NCBI GenBank assembly: GCA_963815115.1
Contig: CAWFFN010000005.1
Location: 672,001-736,000 of the forward strand
Length of the DNA stretch: 64,000 bases
Direction: 5' to 3'
Origin: an uncultured delta proteobacterium
GTDB lineage: Bacteria; Desulfobacterota; Binatia; DP-6
Below, one piece after another: positions 9,723-18,116 of this stretch. The translations under genes and the position numbers were made by a program. Position 1 is the first letter of the stretch. Each line of letters opens with the position of its first letter. The notes under the pieces were generated by a model. The model did not search any database, was not told the DNA's origin, and worked only from the letters and a program-made list of their open reading frames with translations.

Positions 9723-11165
9723 GTGAGTCGGTCGAGGAACGCTCGCGCCGTGGCGCCTGGGAGCACACATCGAACCTCTGTCTCGCGAGCGACGGAGACC
9801 AAGGTCCTGCCATCCCGTTCCGCTCCCGATGGCGAAACCGGCAGGCAGCACGTCCTCAGAGATTCGGTCGTGACGATCGCGGGCGAGGCTCTGACGAGCC
9901 TTGCCAATCTGGCGGCGAGCGTGCTGCTGGCACGCGCCCTGGGGGCGGACGGGAAAGGCGTGTTCACGTTCGTGATGACCGTCACCGCCACCGCAGCCTC
10001 GGTTCTCGGCCTGCGGTGGGACCGGCCGGCAGGCCATTTTCTCGCGCGGGATGTAACGGCCCTGCCCACCATCCTCACGTCGATCGCCCTGGTGACCGCG
10101 ATCGCAGCTGGGATCACCGGGGTCGGCCTTGCCGCCTGTCCCGAGCACCTCGTGATGATCGTGCTCCGCGGTGTGGATCCATCGAGCGCCGCGGTTCTCA
10201 CCTGGCTGGTCGGTGCCCAGTGCCTGTACCTGGGAACCGCGGCGCTCTTCGCAGGTTTGAGGAAGTTCACATACCGATCGAGGTTTCTGCTCTCGTTCCA
10301 TTTCCTGCAGGCCGCCGTGACAGGCGCTCTCTTCGTGTTCGGGGTCGACGACGTTTCCCTGTACCTGAAGTGGTACGCGATCACCGGCTGGGGGGTGGGG
10401 CTGGCGTGGCTGCTGGTATTTGCCTTCGTCCAACGCGTGTCACCCCGGTGGGATTGGCGATTGATCAAACGCATGGCCACGTTCGGTTCGGTTTCGTACT
10501 TCTCTCTCCTCCTCGATCTCGTGACGGTCCGACTCGATGTGATCTTGCTGAACTTTCTCGCTTCGGCGTCTGCAGTGGGCGTCTACTCGGTGGCGGTGGC
10601 GATCGGAGCTCGCCTGGCGACAATTCCTCAGATCGTGGCGTACGTCGTGTACCATCGGACGTCCGCCCGCGAACTGGGCCCGGGCGCGACGACCGCCCAG
10701 ATCCTGAGGGTTGCCACGGTGGTAGTCGTCTGCGGCGGGCTCCTCGCGGTCGCGGCGGGAACCGTCCTCGTGGTTCCGGTCTTCGGTCCCGACTTTGCGA
10801 AGGCGGTGCCCGCTCTCTGGGTGATGATTCCGGCGATGAGCATCTGGGGCTTGTTCAAGCTTCTTGCGTCGGACATCGAAGGCAGAGGAAGGCCCGGGAT
10901 CGTCGCTCTCATCAGCCTTGCCGCGAATGCGACGATCGTCATCCTGGACGTCGGGTGGATTCCCCGATACGGGATCGTCGGTGCAGCTTGGGCGAGCCTG
11001 ATCGCATACGGCGTGGCACTCGGCCTGGCAGCGGTGGCTTTCTGCAAAGTCACTGGACTCCAATTTCGAGAGGCCTATCTGCTGCGAGGCGCAGACATCA
11101 GCTCGATCTACCGACTCGCCGGACGCGTCATCCGAACCCGGCAGCTCATGGAGCAGCCGGGCTGA
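9723..11165 (+). CDS. wzx: Polysaccharide flippase (Wzx/MOP family)
   Basis: LARALGADGKG, RLDVILL, VGVYSVAV, IPRYGIVGAAWAS, many TM segments. Start approximate (GTG after GGAAGGA). Confidence 0.87.
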   Translation: MSRSRNARAVAPGSTHRTSVSRATETKVLPSRSAPDGETGRQHVLRDSVVTIAGEALTSLANLAASVLLARALGADGKGVFTFVMTVTATAASVLGLRWDRPAGHFLARDVTALPTILTSIALVTAIAAGITGVGLAACPEHLVMIVLRGVDPSSAAVLTWLVGAQCLYLGTAALFAGLRKFTYRSRFLLSFHFLQAAVTGALFVFGVDDVSLYLKWYAITGWGVGLAWLLVFAFVQRVSPRWDWRLIKRMATFGSVSYFSLLLDLVTVRLDVILLNFLASASAVGVYSVAVAIGARLATIPQIVAYVVYHRTSARELGPGATTAQILRVATVVVVCGGLLAVAAGTVLVVPVFGPDFAKAVPALWVMIPAMSIWGLFKLLASDIEGRGRPGIVALISLAANATIVILDVGWIPRYGIVGAAWASLIAYGVALGLAAVAFCKVTGLQFREAYLLRGADISSIYRLAGRVIRTRQLMEQPG

Positions 11166-11180
11166 TCGAGGGGAGAAGCG

Positions 11181-11837
11181 ATGGCAATGCTCGCGAGCCG
11201 TCTCCACCTTCCCCGCCCGGCTCGACACTGGACGTTGCGGTACATCCTCGACCGCGTCGAGCTTCTGGTGTGGGAACGCATGAACCCCGCCGCGCCATGG
11301 TTGGTGGCGGAAGCGGTGGACCTTCTCGACCGTCGGCTGAAGGCTTCCGATCTGGTCGTCGAGTTCGGATCGGGTCGGAGCACGCTCTGGCTAGCCCGAC
11401 GGGTACGCCGAGTCGTCAGCGTCGAGCACGACCCTGTCTGGCACGATCGGGTGACAAAGCAGCTGGCCGCAGAGGCGCTTCGCAACGTGAACTACCATCT
11501 CGTGCGCGACGAGACGAGCGGTTCGGGCGATGGCGATGGGTACGTCGGCGTGGCAACGGGGTCTCTCGATGGCCCGGTCGATCTCGTGCTCGTTGATGGG
11601 ATTCGACGCGATGCCTGTGCGCTCTGGGCGCTGGATCACCTGCGTCCAGGCGGTCTGATCGTCGTCGACAACGCGAACCGCTACCTGCCGCACGCGACGA
11701 GGTCGCCGGCATCTCTCGGTGCGCATGGCGTCCCGCCCACCGCGGATTGGCGAGACTTCGCGGCCGCGGTGAGTCACTGGGATCGTATCTGGTTCTCGAA
11801 CGGCGTGACCGACACCGCGGTCTTTTCCAGTCGCTGA
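11181..11837 (+). CDS. Class I SAM-dependent methyltransferase (polysaccharide-associated)
   Basis: VEFGSGRSTLW, SVEHDPVW, DLVLVDG, LRPGGLIVVDN. Confidence 0.88.
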   Translation: MAMLASRLHLPRPARHWTLRYILDRVELLVWERMNPAAPWLVAEAVDLLDRRLKASDLVVEFGSGRSTLWLARRVRRVVSVEHDPVWHDRVTKQLAAEALRNVNYHLVRDETSGSGDGDGYVGVATGSLDGPVDLVLVDGIRRDACALWALDHLRPGGLIVVDNANRYLPHATRSPASLGAHGVPPTADWRDFAAAVSHWDRIWFSNGVTDTAVFSSR

Positions 11838-12064
11838 GGCGCGATCGGCGGAGGACGGCCTTGCGTCGAATCGTGAGGCCCGCGTCGCCGGCGCTCGTGG
11901 TCCTGGATCGAGACGACACACCCATCTCGAGGTCGGCGGCCACCTGCTGAGCCTGCTGCGCCGGACCGCGTCGGCTTGCGCCACGTCGCTCCCGGCGGCT
12001 CCCAGCCCCGCCGACGGGACGCGCCCAGGCATCTACTTTGTCCCGCCACATCGGAGATTCACGC

Positions 12065-13219
12065 ATGACCATCCCCATGTCCCAACCCGACATCACCTCC
12101 GCCGAACGCGCCGCCGTGCTCGACGTGCTGTCCTCGGCGACCCTCGCGCTCGGCCCCCGACTCGATCGCTTCGAGCGCACGCTGGCCGGATACGTCGGGG
12201 CGCGGCATGGCATCGGCGTCTCCAGCGGCACGGCGGGACTGCACCTCTGCGTGGTGGCAGCCGGAGTCGGCGAGGGCGACGTGGTTCTCACGACGCCCTT
12301 CAGCTTCGTGGCATCCGCCAACTGCATCCTCTACGAGCGCGCCCGCCCGGTCTTCGTCGACATCGATCCCGTGACCCTCACCATCGACCCGGACGCCCTC
12401 GAGGCGGCCGCGAGGAAGCACGTCGCCCGCGGCGAGCGGCTGAAGGCGATCCTGCCGGTGCACGTCTTCGGCCACCCGGCCGACATGGATCCGATCCGAG
12501 ACCTGGCTCAGCGCTATGGCCTCGCGGTCATCGAGGACGCCTGCGAGGCGATCGGCGCGACCTACAAGGAGCGCCCGGTCGGCACGCTCGGCGACGCCGC
12601 CGTGTTCGCCTTCTACCCCAACAAGCAGATGACCACCGGCGAGGGCGGCATGATCGTCACCGACGATCGGACGTGGGACGCGCTCTTCCGCAGCCTGCGC
12701 AACCAGGGCCGCGACGTCTTCGACGGCTGGCTCGAGCACAGCCGGCTCGGCTGGAACTATCGCCTGGACGAGATGAGCGCGGCGCTCGGCGCCGTGCAGG
12801 TCGAGCGCCTGGACGAGATCCTGGCCCGGCGCGAGCGCGTGGCGACCGCCTACACGCAGCGCCTGCTACGCCTGGAGCACGTGACCACGCCCACCGTCGC
12901 CCCCTGGGTCACCCGCATGAGCTGGTTCGTGTACGTCGTCCGCCTCGCGCCCTGGCTCGATCGCGACGGCGTGATCCGTGCCCTCGGGGCACACGGCGTA
13001 CCGTCGCGTCCGTACTTCCCGCCCATTCACCTGCAGCCGCTCTACCGCGAACGCTTCGGCTTCCGGGCCGGAGACTTTCCCGTGAGCGAGGACATGGGGC
13101 GCCGCTGCCTGGCGCTGCCGTTCTTCGGTGGCATGAGCGACGTCCAGGTCGACACCGTCTGCGGCGCCCTGGCGGAGATCGTCGCGGAGGCCGAAACCGC
13201 GAGGAGGGCCAGCGCATGA
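12065..13219 (+). CDS. DegT/DnrJ/EryC1/StrS sugar aminotransferase (PglE-like)
   Basis: SSGTAGLHL, TTPFSFVASAN, IEDACEA, FAFYPNKQMTTGEGG (PLP Lys). Confidence 0.95.
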   Translation: MTIPMSQPDITSAERAAVLDVLSSATLALGPRLDRFERTLAGYVGARHGIGVSSGTAGLHLCVVAAGVGEGDVVLTTPFSFVASANCILYERARPVFVDIDPVTLTIDPDALEAAARKHVARGERLKAILPVHVFGHPADMDPIRDLAQRYGLAVIEDACEAIGATYKERPVGTLGDAAVFAFYPNKQMTTGEGGMIVTDDRTWDALFRSLRNQGRDVFDGWLEHSRLGWNYRLDEMSAALGAVQVERLDEILARRERVATAYTQRLLRLEHVTTPTVAPWVTRMSWFVYVVRLAPWLDRDGVIRALGAHGVPSRPYFPPIHLQPLYRERFGFRAGDFPVSEDMGRRCLALPFFGGMSDVQVDTVCGALAEIVAEAETARRASA

Positions 13220-15150
13220 ACACTCCGGCGCTCGCGATCGAGGGCTTGCATCCCATGCTGATCCGCTACCGCACCGTGGTCACCGTGGTCGGCAATCTGG
13301 CCATCGCCACCGCGGCCTACCTGGTCGCCTTCGGGCTGCGTTTCGATTTCCGCATTCCCCCGGACCACTTCCATCTGGCGCTGATCACGCTTCCCCTTCT
13401 CCTCCTCTGCAAGCTGGTGGCGTTCCGGGTCACGAACCTGTTCTCGGGCTGGTGGCAGCACGTGAGCATCCGCGACGTCCAGGACATCGTGAAAGGGAAC
13501 CTGCTGGGCTCGGCCTTCTTCCTCGTCGCCCTGGTCTACGGACGGGGCCTGCACAACTTTCCGCGTTCGGTCTTCCTGCTCGATCTGCTCCTTTGCGTGG
13601 CCGCCATGGGCGGTACGCGGGTCGGCATTCGCATCTGGCGGGAGCGTGACCAGGGGCCCACCACGCGGCACATCGACAGCGTCGCGCTGATCGTGGGCGC
13701 GGGTTCGGCCGGGATCCACCTGCTCGACGAGATCCAGAGCCGGCCGCGGTTTCGGATTGCCGTCGCCGGCTTCGTCGACGACGACGTCGCCAAGGTGGGC
13801 TTGCGCATCAGCGGTAGCCCGGTGCTCGGTCGGATCGACCACATCCCCGAGCTGGTGAAGGTGCACGAGGTCAACGAGGTCCTCGTCGCCATCCCCTCGG
13901 CATCGCCGGCCACCCTCCGACGCATCGTGAAGCTGTGCGACGAGGCGCGGGTTCGGCATCGGGTGCTCCCCACCCTCGGCGAGCTGGTGGCCGGCCGCGT
14001 CATGTTCACCCAGATGCGCGAGGTGAAGGTGGACGACCTGCTCGCCCGCGAGCCCGTCCGTCTCGACCTGGTACGCGTGCGCTCGTTTCTCGCCCACCGC
14101 ACCGTGCTGGTGACGGGGGCCGCGGGCTCGATCGGCTCCGAGCTGTGCCGCCAGGTCGCCGCGCAGGAGGCCGAGCGACTGGTGCTCTACGACCGCCACG
14201 AGAACGGGTTGTTCGCCCTCGAGAAGGAGCTCGCCGCGCGCCACCCGGCGGTGCGGCTCGAGGCCGTGCTGGGCGACATCCTCCTCGAGGATCAGCTCGA
14301 GGCAGTCTTCGCGAGCTTCCGGCCCGAGGTCGTCTTCCACGCCGCCGCGTACAAGCACGTCTCGATGGCCGAGAGGAACCCGCTCGAGGCGGTGCGCAAC
14401 AACGTGCTCGGCACGCGCAACGTGGCGCGGGCCGCGATCGCGCACGGGGCGAAGGAGTTCGTGCTGGTCTCGACCGACAAGGCGGTGCGGCCGACCAGCG
14501 TGATGGGCGTCACCAAGCGGGTCGCCGAGCTGGTGGTGCAGAGCCTCCAGAACGGCTGCTGCCGCTTCGTCGCCGTGCGCTTCGGCAACGTGCTCGGCTC
14601 GAACGGGAGCGTGGTCCCCATCTTTCGCGAGCAGATCGCGCGCGGTGGCCCGGTGACGGTCACGCATCCCGAGGTCACGCGTTTCTTCATGACCATCCCC
14701 GAGGCCGTCCAGCTGATCCTCCAGGCGGCCGGCACGGGACACGGCGGCGAGATCTTCGTCCTCGAGATGGGCCACGCCGTCCGCATCGTCGACCTCGCCC
14801 GGCAGATGATCCGGCTCTCCGGCTTCGAGCCCGACGAGGACGTCGAGATCGTGTTCACCGGGCTCGCCCCCGGCGAGAAGCTCCACGAAGAGCTCGTCTC
14901 GGACGGCGAGGAAGTCGCCCCGACCCATCACGACCGCATCCGCGTGCTCCGCCTGCCCGAGCGGCCCTCGCAGCATGCCGACGACGGCTGGCTTCCCATG
15001 CTCGAGGCGTGCATCGAGGCGGGGCATGTTGCCAACGCCGTCGCGCTGCTCGAGAAGCTCGTTCCCACGTACCGGCCGAGCGGGGCTGTGCTCGCCGCCG
15101 CCGGCGCCCCCTCCGGTTCCCGTCTCGCATTGCCTGCCCGCGTCGCCTGA
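13216..15150 (+). CDS. Membrane-bound UDP-GlcNAc 4,6-dehydratase (PglF/CapD/WbpM family)
   Basis: N-terminal TMs, GAGSAG, TGAAGSIGSELC, FHAAAYKHV, STDKAV, RFGNVLGSNGSV, GEKLHEEL. Confidence 0.95.
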   Translation: MNTPALAIEGLHPMLIRYRTVVTVVGNLAIATAAYLVAFGLRFDFRIPPDHFHLALITLPLLLLCKLVAFRVTNLFSGWWQHVSIRDVQDIVKGNLLGSAFFLVALVYGRGLHNFPRSVFLLDLLLCVAAMGGTRVGIRIWRERDQGPTTRHIDSVALIVGAGSAGIHLLDEIQSRPRFRIAVAGFVDDDVAKVGLRISGSPVLGRIDHIPELVKVHEVNEVLVAIPSASPATLRRIVKLCDEARVRHRVLPTLGELVAGRVMFTQMREVKVDDLLAREPVRLDLVRVRSFLAHRTVLVTGAAGSIGSELCRQVAAQEAERLVLYDRHENGLFALEKELAARHPAVRLEAVLGDILLEDQLEAVFASFRPEVVFHAAAYKHVSMAERNPLEAVRNNVLGTRNVARAAIAHGAKEFVLVSTDKAVRPTSVMGVTKRVAELVVQSLQNGCCRFVAVRFGNVLGSNGSVVPIFREQIARGGPVTVTHPEVTRFFMTIPEAVQLILQAAGTGHGGEIFVLEMGHAVRIVDLARQMIRLSGFEPDEDVEIVFTGLAPGEKLHEELVSDGEEVAPTHHDRIRVLRLPERPSQHADDGWLPMLEACIEAGHVANAVALLEKLVPTYRPSGAVLAAAGAPSGSRLALPARVA

Positions 15151-15204
15151 CGGGGAGCACACGCCGACTACCATTCGCGACCAGCAGTCCGGTCCACCGT
15201 ACGG

Positions 15205-15240
15205 CGGCCACGCGACGATCGTCGCGTGGCCGTTTTCTTT
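15205..15240 (+). terminator. Intrinsic terminator of the polysaccharide operon
   Basis: 28-bp perfect palindrome CGGCCACGCGACGA-TCGTCGCGTGGCCG followed by TTTTCTTT. Confidence 0.8.
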
Positions 15241-15255
15241 AGGGAGACGCGAGGG

Positions 15256-15508
15256 CGCTACGCGCGCCGCAACATGCGGTAGCCGCCGAGCAGGATCAGT
15301 GCGCCGGCCACCGACATGACGAATCCTGCGGGCTGGCCTTCCTGGTAGAGGCCCATCGCGCGGCCGAGGAAGCCGCCCACCAGGGCGCCGGCGATGCCGA
15401 GCAGGATGGTGACGATGATCCCGCCCGGGTCGTTCCCGGGCATGATGAGCTTGGCGACGGCGCCGATGACCAGGCCGAGGATGATCATGACGAGAATGCC
15501 GCCCATGG
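15256..15508. repeat. Direct repeat copy 1 (pairs with 17687-17939)
   Basis: About 253 bp, with 3 substitutions by eye versus copy 2; offset 2431 bp. Confidence 0.92.
15258..15506 (-). CDS. GlsB/YeaQ/YmgE family stress-response membrane protein, copy 1
   Basis: MGGILVMIILGLVIGAVAKLIMPGNDPGGIIVTILLGIAGA; 82 aa. Confidence 0.92.
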   Translation of the reverse strand: MGGILVMIILGLVIGAVAKLIMPGNDPGGIIVTILLGIAGALVGGFLGRAMGLYQEGQPAGFVMSVAGALILLGGYRMLRRA

Positions 15509-15634
15509 GATTTCCTCTTTTGTCTCGCCCGGACCCCGCCTCGCGCTGCCCGCCACCTGCGTCGTCTGACGCTTCCAGAATCCCGCTCCGCGCAGGCCCG
15601 CGACGCGCGGGACGCCGAGCCGCGGCACGCAAAG

Positions 15635-15910
15635 CTACAATCCGCGATACACCTCGCGCCGGTGGCCAATCCTGATCACCATGACGATCAAGCGGTCCTC
15701 ACGGATCTCGTACACGACGCGGTACGCTCCGGCAGCGCGAACGCGGTAGCGGTCGATCTGCCCGGCGAGTTTCTTGCAACCAGGAGGTCGTGGATCGTCA
15801 GCGAGGGCGTCGATGACGGACACGACCTTCGCGCGGACGGGAGCGGGCAGGTGGTGCAGCGTGCGCACGGCGCTTGGCTTGATCTCGATCGTGTACCGCC
15901 GACGCCCCAT
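15635..15910 (-). CDS. relE: Type II TA toxin, RelE/ParE family
   Basis: YTIEIKPSA, ALADDPRPPGCKKLAG, YRVVYEI, VIRIGHRREVYR. Confidence 0.9.
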   Translation of the reverse strand: MGRRRYTIEIKPSAVRTLHHLPAPVRAKVVSVIDALADDPRPPGCKKLAGQIDRYRVRAAGAYRVVYEIREDRLIVMVIRIGHRREVYRGL

Positions 15911-16199
15911 CGAGACCACGCCGCACCTCCTCCCACGGGACCGACTCGGGCTCGTCGGCTGCGATCCGATCGGCCTCGGCGACGTCGATCCGATCCTCCG
16001 CCTCCTCGATCAGGTGCTCGAGCAGCCCGAGGTCTCGCATCGAGATCAATGCGGCCAACGCCTTTCCCGCGCGACCGATGACTACCCGCTCCCCGCGATA
16101 GTGCACCCGGTTGACCAGCTCGGCGATGTTGCTCCGGACGTCGCTCAACCTGAGGATCGCGGGTGGGCGCGCGCTGCCCATATGATCGGAATGCGCCAT
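15798..16199 (-). CDS. Type II TA antitoxin, Phd/YefM family (anomalous C-terminal extension)
   Basis: DVRSNIAELVNRVHYRGERVVIGRAGKALAALIS and acidic EEAEDRID...VPWEEV tail; immediately upstream of relE. Confidence 0.85.
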   Translation of the reverse strand: MAHSDHMGSARPPAILRLSDVRSNIAELVNRVHYRGERVVIGRAGKALAALISMRDLGLLEHLIEEAEDRIDVAEADRIAADEPESVPWEEVRRGLDGASAVHDRDQAKRRAHAAPPARSRPREGRVRHRRPR

Positions 16200-16225
16200 G
16201 GGGGAAGGTTAGGACAGATCGAGCT

Positions 16226-16237
16226 ACTTGTACAAGT
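16226..16237. promoter_or_regulatory. Putative Phd/YefM operator palindrome ACTTGTACAAGT
   Basis: Perfect 12-bp palindrome with TGTACA core just upstream of the antitoxin. Confidence 0.6.
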
Positions 16238-16452
16238 TGTCTCACCGGACTAACCCCGGAAGTCCCGGGACCCCCGCGCCGCGGACACACCGCGCAGTAC
16301 CCCGCTCGGGGAGCCCTTGGCCCTGTCACGGCATGTCAGGAGGGGTCGCTAAATCGCTGCAGATCGTCGCCACGGACGCCGACCAGGCATCCGGCGAGCC
16401 CATCGTGGTCCAGCTCCGCCTCGTCCCGTAGCTTCCACGCCGCCCTGCGGCT

Positions 16453-16495
16453 GACGAACCCCCCCGGGTCCGCGACCCGAGGGGGTTTCTTCGTC
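16453..16495 (+). terminator. Intrinsic terminator-like hairpin
   Basis: AACCCCCCCGGGTC-CGC-GACCCGAGGGGGTT stem followed by TCTT. Confidence 0.65.
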
Positions 16496-16547
16496 TCGTC
16501 GGCGGAGCGATGCGCCCGCCGCCCGGTATGTCTACGCGCGCCGCAGC

Positions 16548-16660
16548 ATGAAGAAGCTCATCGTCGTAGCCGAGTTCGTGACGCTGGACGGTGTCATGGA
16601 AGCCGACGGGGGCGACCCGGCCATCCGCACCGCGGGTGGGTCGGCGACCTCATGCAGATC
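16548..16660 (+). pseudogene. 5' fragment of dihydrofolate reductase family (RibD C-terminal domain) gene
   Basis: MKKLIVVAEFVTLDGVMEADGGD continues after a frameshift near 16618 as PGHPHRGWVGDLM, then similarity is lost. Confidence 0.7.
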
Positions 16661-16814
16661 TCGCCTCGCGTTGCCCGCCAGACCGCGTCGCCTGACCTCC
16701 CGGATCCCCTTCGCGCGACGGCGCCGCTCGGCCAGCGGCGCCGCCAGAGACGCCTGCTGCGTTCGAGGTCGGAAACCCGCGCAGGCCCACCAGCCTGACG
16801 GGCGGTGGGCCGGG

Positions 16815-17228
16815 TCACCCCGCGAAGCGACGAAACCCGGCGACGGTGAAGTCGTCGTCGAAGGTCAACACGGCCGTGCACCGGGTAGCCTCGAGGACGG
16901 CGAAGCTCATGGCGTCTGTGTAGGTGATCGTCTGGTCGTCGAGCTTCGAGAGCCACGTGTGCGCGCGCGCGTGGCGCTCCGCGGTGGCGAACTCCAGACG
17001 GAGCGAAGGGCTGCGATCGACACGGTCGAGGAATGCGCGTGCCGCGGCGCCTCCTGCCCGGAAGAGCAACAGCCGGTGCGCCTCGGCGACGACGAGGTCG
17101 GTCGTCACGAGGGGAAGGCGCCGCATCAGCGCGGCGCGAAAGAGGCGATCGGCCTCGGCGTGGCGGGCGTCACGTGCGCTGGCGAGCGCGATCCAGGGAC
17201 TGCTATCGACGAAGACGCGCTCGGGCAC
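16815..17228 (-). CDS. vapC: PIN-domain toxin, VapC family
   Basis: VFVDSSPWIAL, D-x2-H, TTDLVVAE, YTDAMSF, LTFDDDF; acidic tetrad present. Confidence 0.9.
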   Translation of the reverse strand: MPERVFVDSSPWIALASARDARHAEADRLFRAALMRRLPLVTTDLVVAEAHRLLLFRAGGAAARAFLDRVDRSPSLRLEFATAERHARAHTWLSKLDDQTITYTDAMSFAVLEATRCTAVLTFDDDFTVAGFRRFAG

Positions 17229-17490
17229 GACGCCGGCCGAGGCCGTAGGGCGGCGGCCGCTCCGCGACGAATGTGGCATTCAGATGGTGGTCAAACCGCT
17301 CGCTCAGGTCGGCTGGCAGGCCGTCGACCATGCCGCTCAGCTCCAACAGGGGGTCCTGTTCCGGCGCCGCGGTGAGCGCTCGAACGGCCAGGCGCACGAC
17401 CTGTGACTTCGTCCAGCCTCGGTGCTTCGCCCAGGCCTCGAGGCGAGCGAGTTCGGATTCATCCAGATACACCTGCACCGGACGGCTCAT
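17203..17490 (-). CDS. Ribbon-helix-helix (CopG-like) antitoxin
   Basis: VQVYLDESE...TKSQVVRLAVR, DPLLELSG, DLSERFDHHL; upstream of vapC. Confidence 0.85.
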   Translation of the reverse strand: MSRPVQVYLDESELARLEAWAKHRGWTKSQVVRLAVRALTAAPEQDPLLELSGMVDGLPADLSERFDHHLNATFVAERPPPYGLGRRRARARLRR

Positions 17491-17539
17491 GATTGTGAAC
17501 GTTGCGCGATCATGATCAGGATGTCAACACGGTCATGAT
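17487..17539 (-). promoter_or_regulatory. Putative vapBC promoter/operator: TTGACA -35 with three TCATGAT sites at 23-bp spacing
   Basis: TCATGAT at 17487, 17510 and 17533; TTGACA on the minus strand at 17522-17527. Confidence 0.6.
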
Positions 17540-17686
17540 CATGCGGGGCGACGACCGTCCTCGCGCGCGGCCCGAGCGAGCTGAATCGCGGCGCGGTGTT
17601 GCGCCCGTCGTCCGCCAGCTGGCAGTGACGGTCCCGATGCGAGCACGCGCGATCGTGCGAACCCGGTCGCGCGAGACCGCGACGAC

Positions 17687-17939
17687 CGCTACGCGCGCCG
17701 CAACATGCGGTAGCCGCCGAGCAGGATCAGTGCGCCGGCCACCGACATGACGAATCCCGCGGGCTGGCCTTCCTGGTAGAGGCCCATCGCGCGGCCGAGG
17801 AAGCCGCCCACCAGGGCGCCGGCGATGCCGATCAGGATGGTGACGATGATCCCGCCCGGGTCGTTTCCGGGCATGATGAGCTTGGCGACGGCGCCGATGA
17901 CCAGGCCGAGGATGATCATGACGAGAATGCCGCCCATGG
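17687..17939. repeat. Direct repeat copy 2 (pairs with 15256-15508)
   Basis: Near-identical sequence to copy 1. Confidence 0.92.
17689..17937 (-). CDS. GlsB/YeaQ/YmgE family stress-response membrane protein, copy 2
   Basis: Identical to copy 1 except L->I; strong RBS AGGAGGGAG. Confidence 0.92.
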   Translation of the reverse strand: MGGILVMIILGLVIGAVAKLIMPGNDPGGIIVTILIGIAGALVGGFLGRAMGLYQEGQPAGFVMSVAGALILLGGYRMLRRA

Positions 17940-18116
17940 AACTCCCTCCTTGTGAGACGCCTGTTCGCGAACCGCACCGAGCAAGATAGCACGGCCGGCC
18001 TTCGATCCGAAATCCGGGCGACGGCTGCCGTCCCGGGGGCCTTGCCGCGCTGCGGGAGCGGGAGTAGCGTCGACCCCGGAGTGGTGGTGGAGGGAACCGG
18101 CAACCAGGGGTTCCAC

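Noticed and set aside
16207-16255. GTTAG...CTAAC resembling integron attC core sites
   Set aside because: The order is reversed relative to attC (RYYYAAC...GTTRRRY) on both strands, it is not repeated between genes, and no integrase is present.
17940-18116. GC-rich hairpins in the divergent intergenic region as a possible riboswitch
   Set aside because: No recognisable aptamer consensus; such pairing is expected at this GC content.
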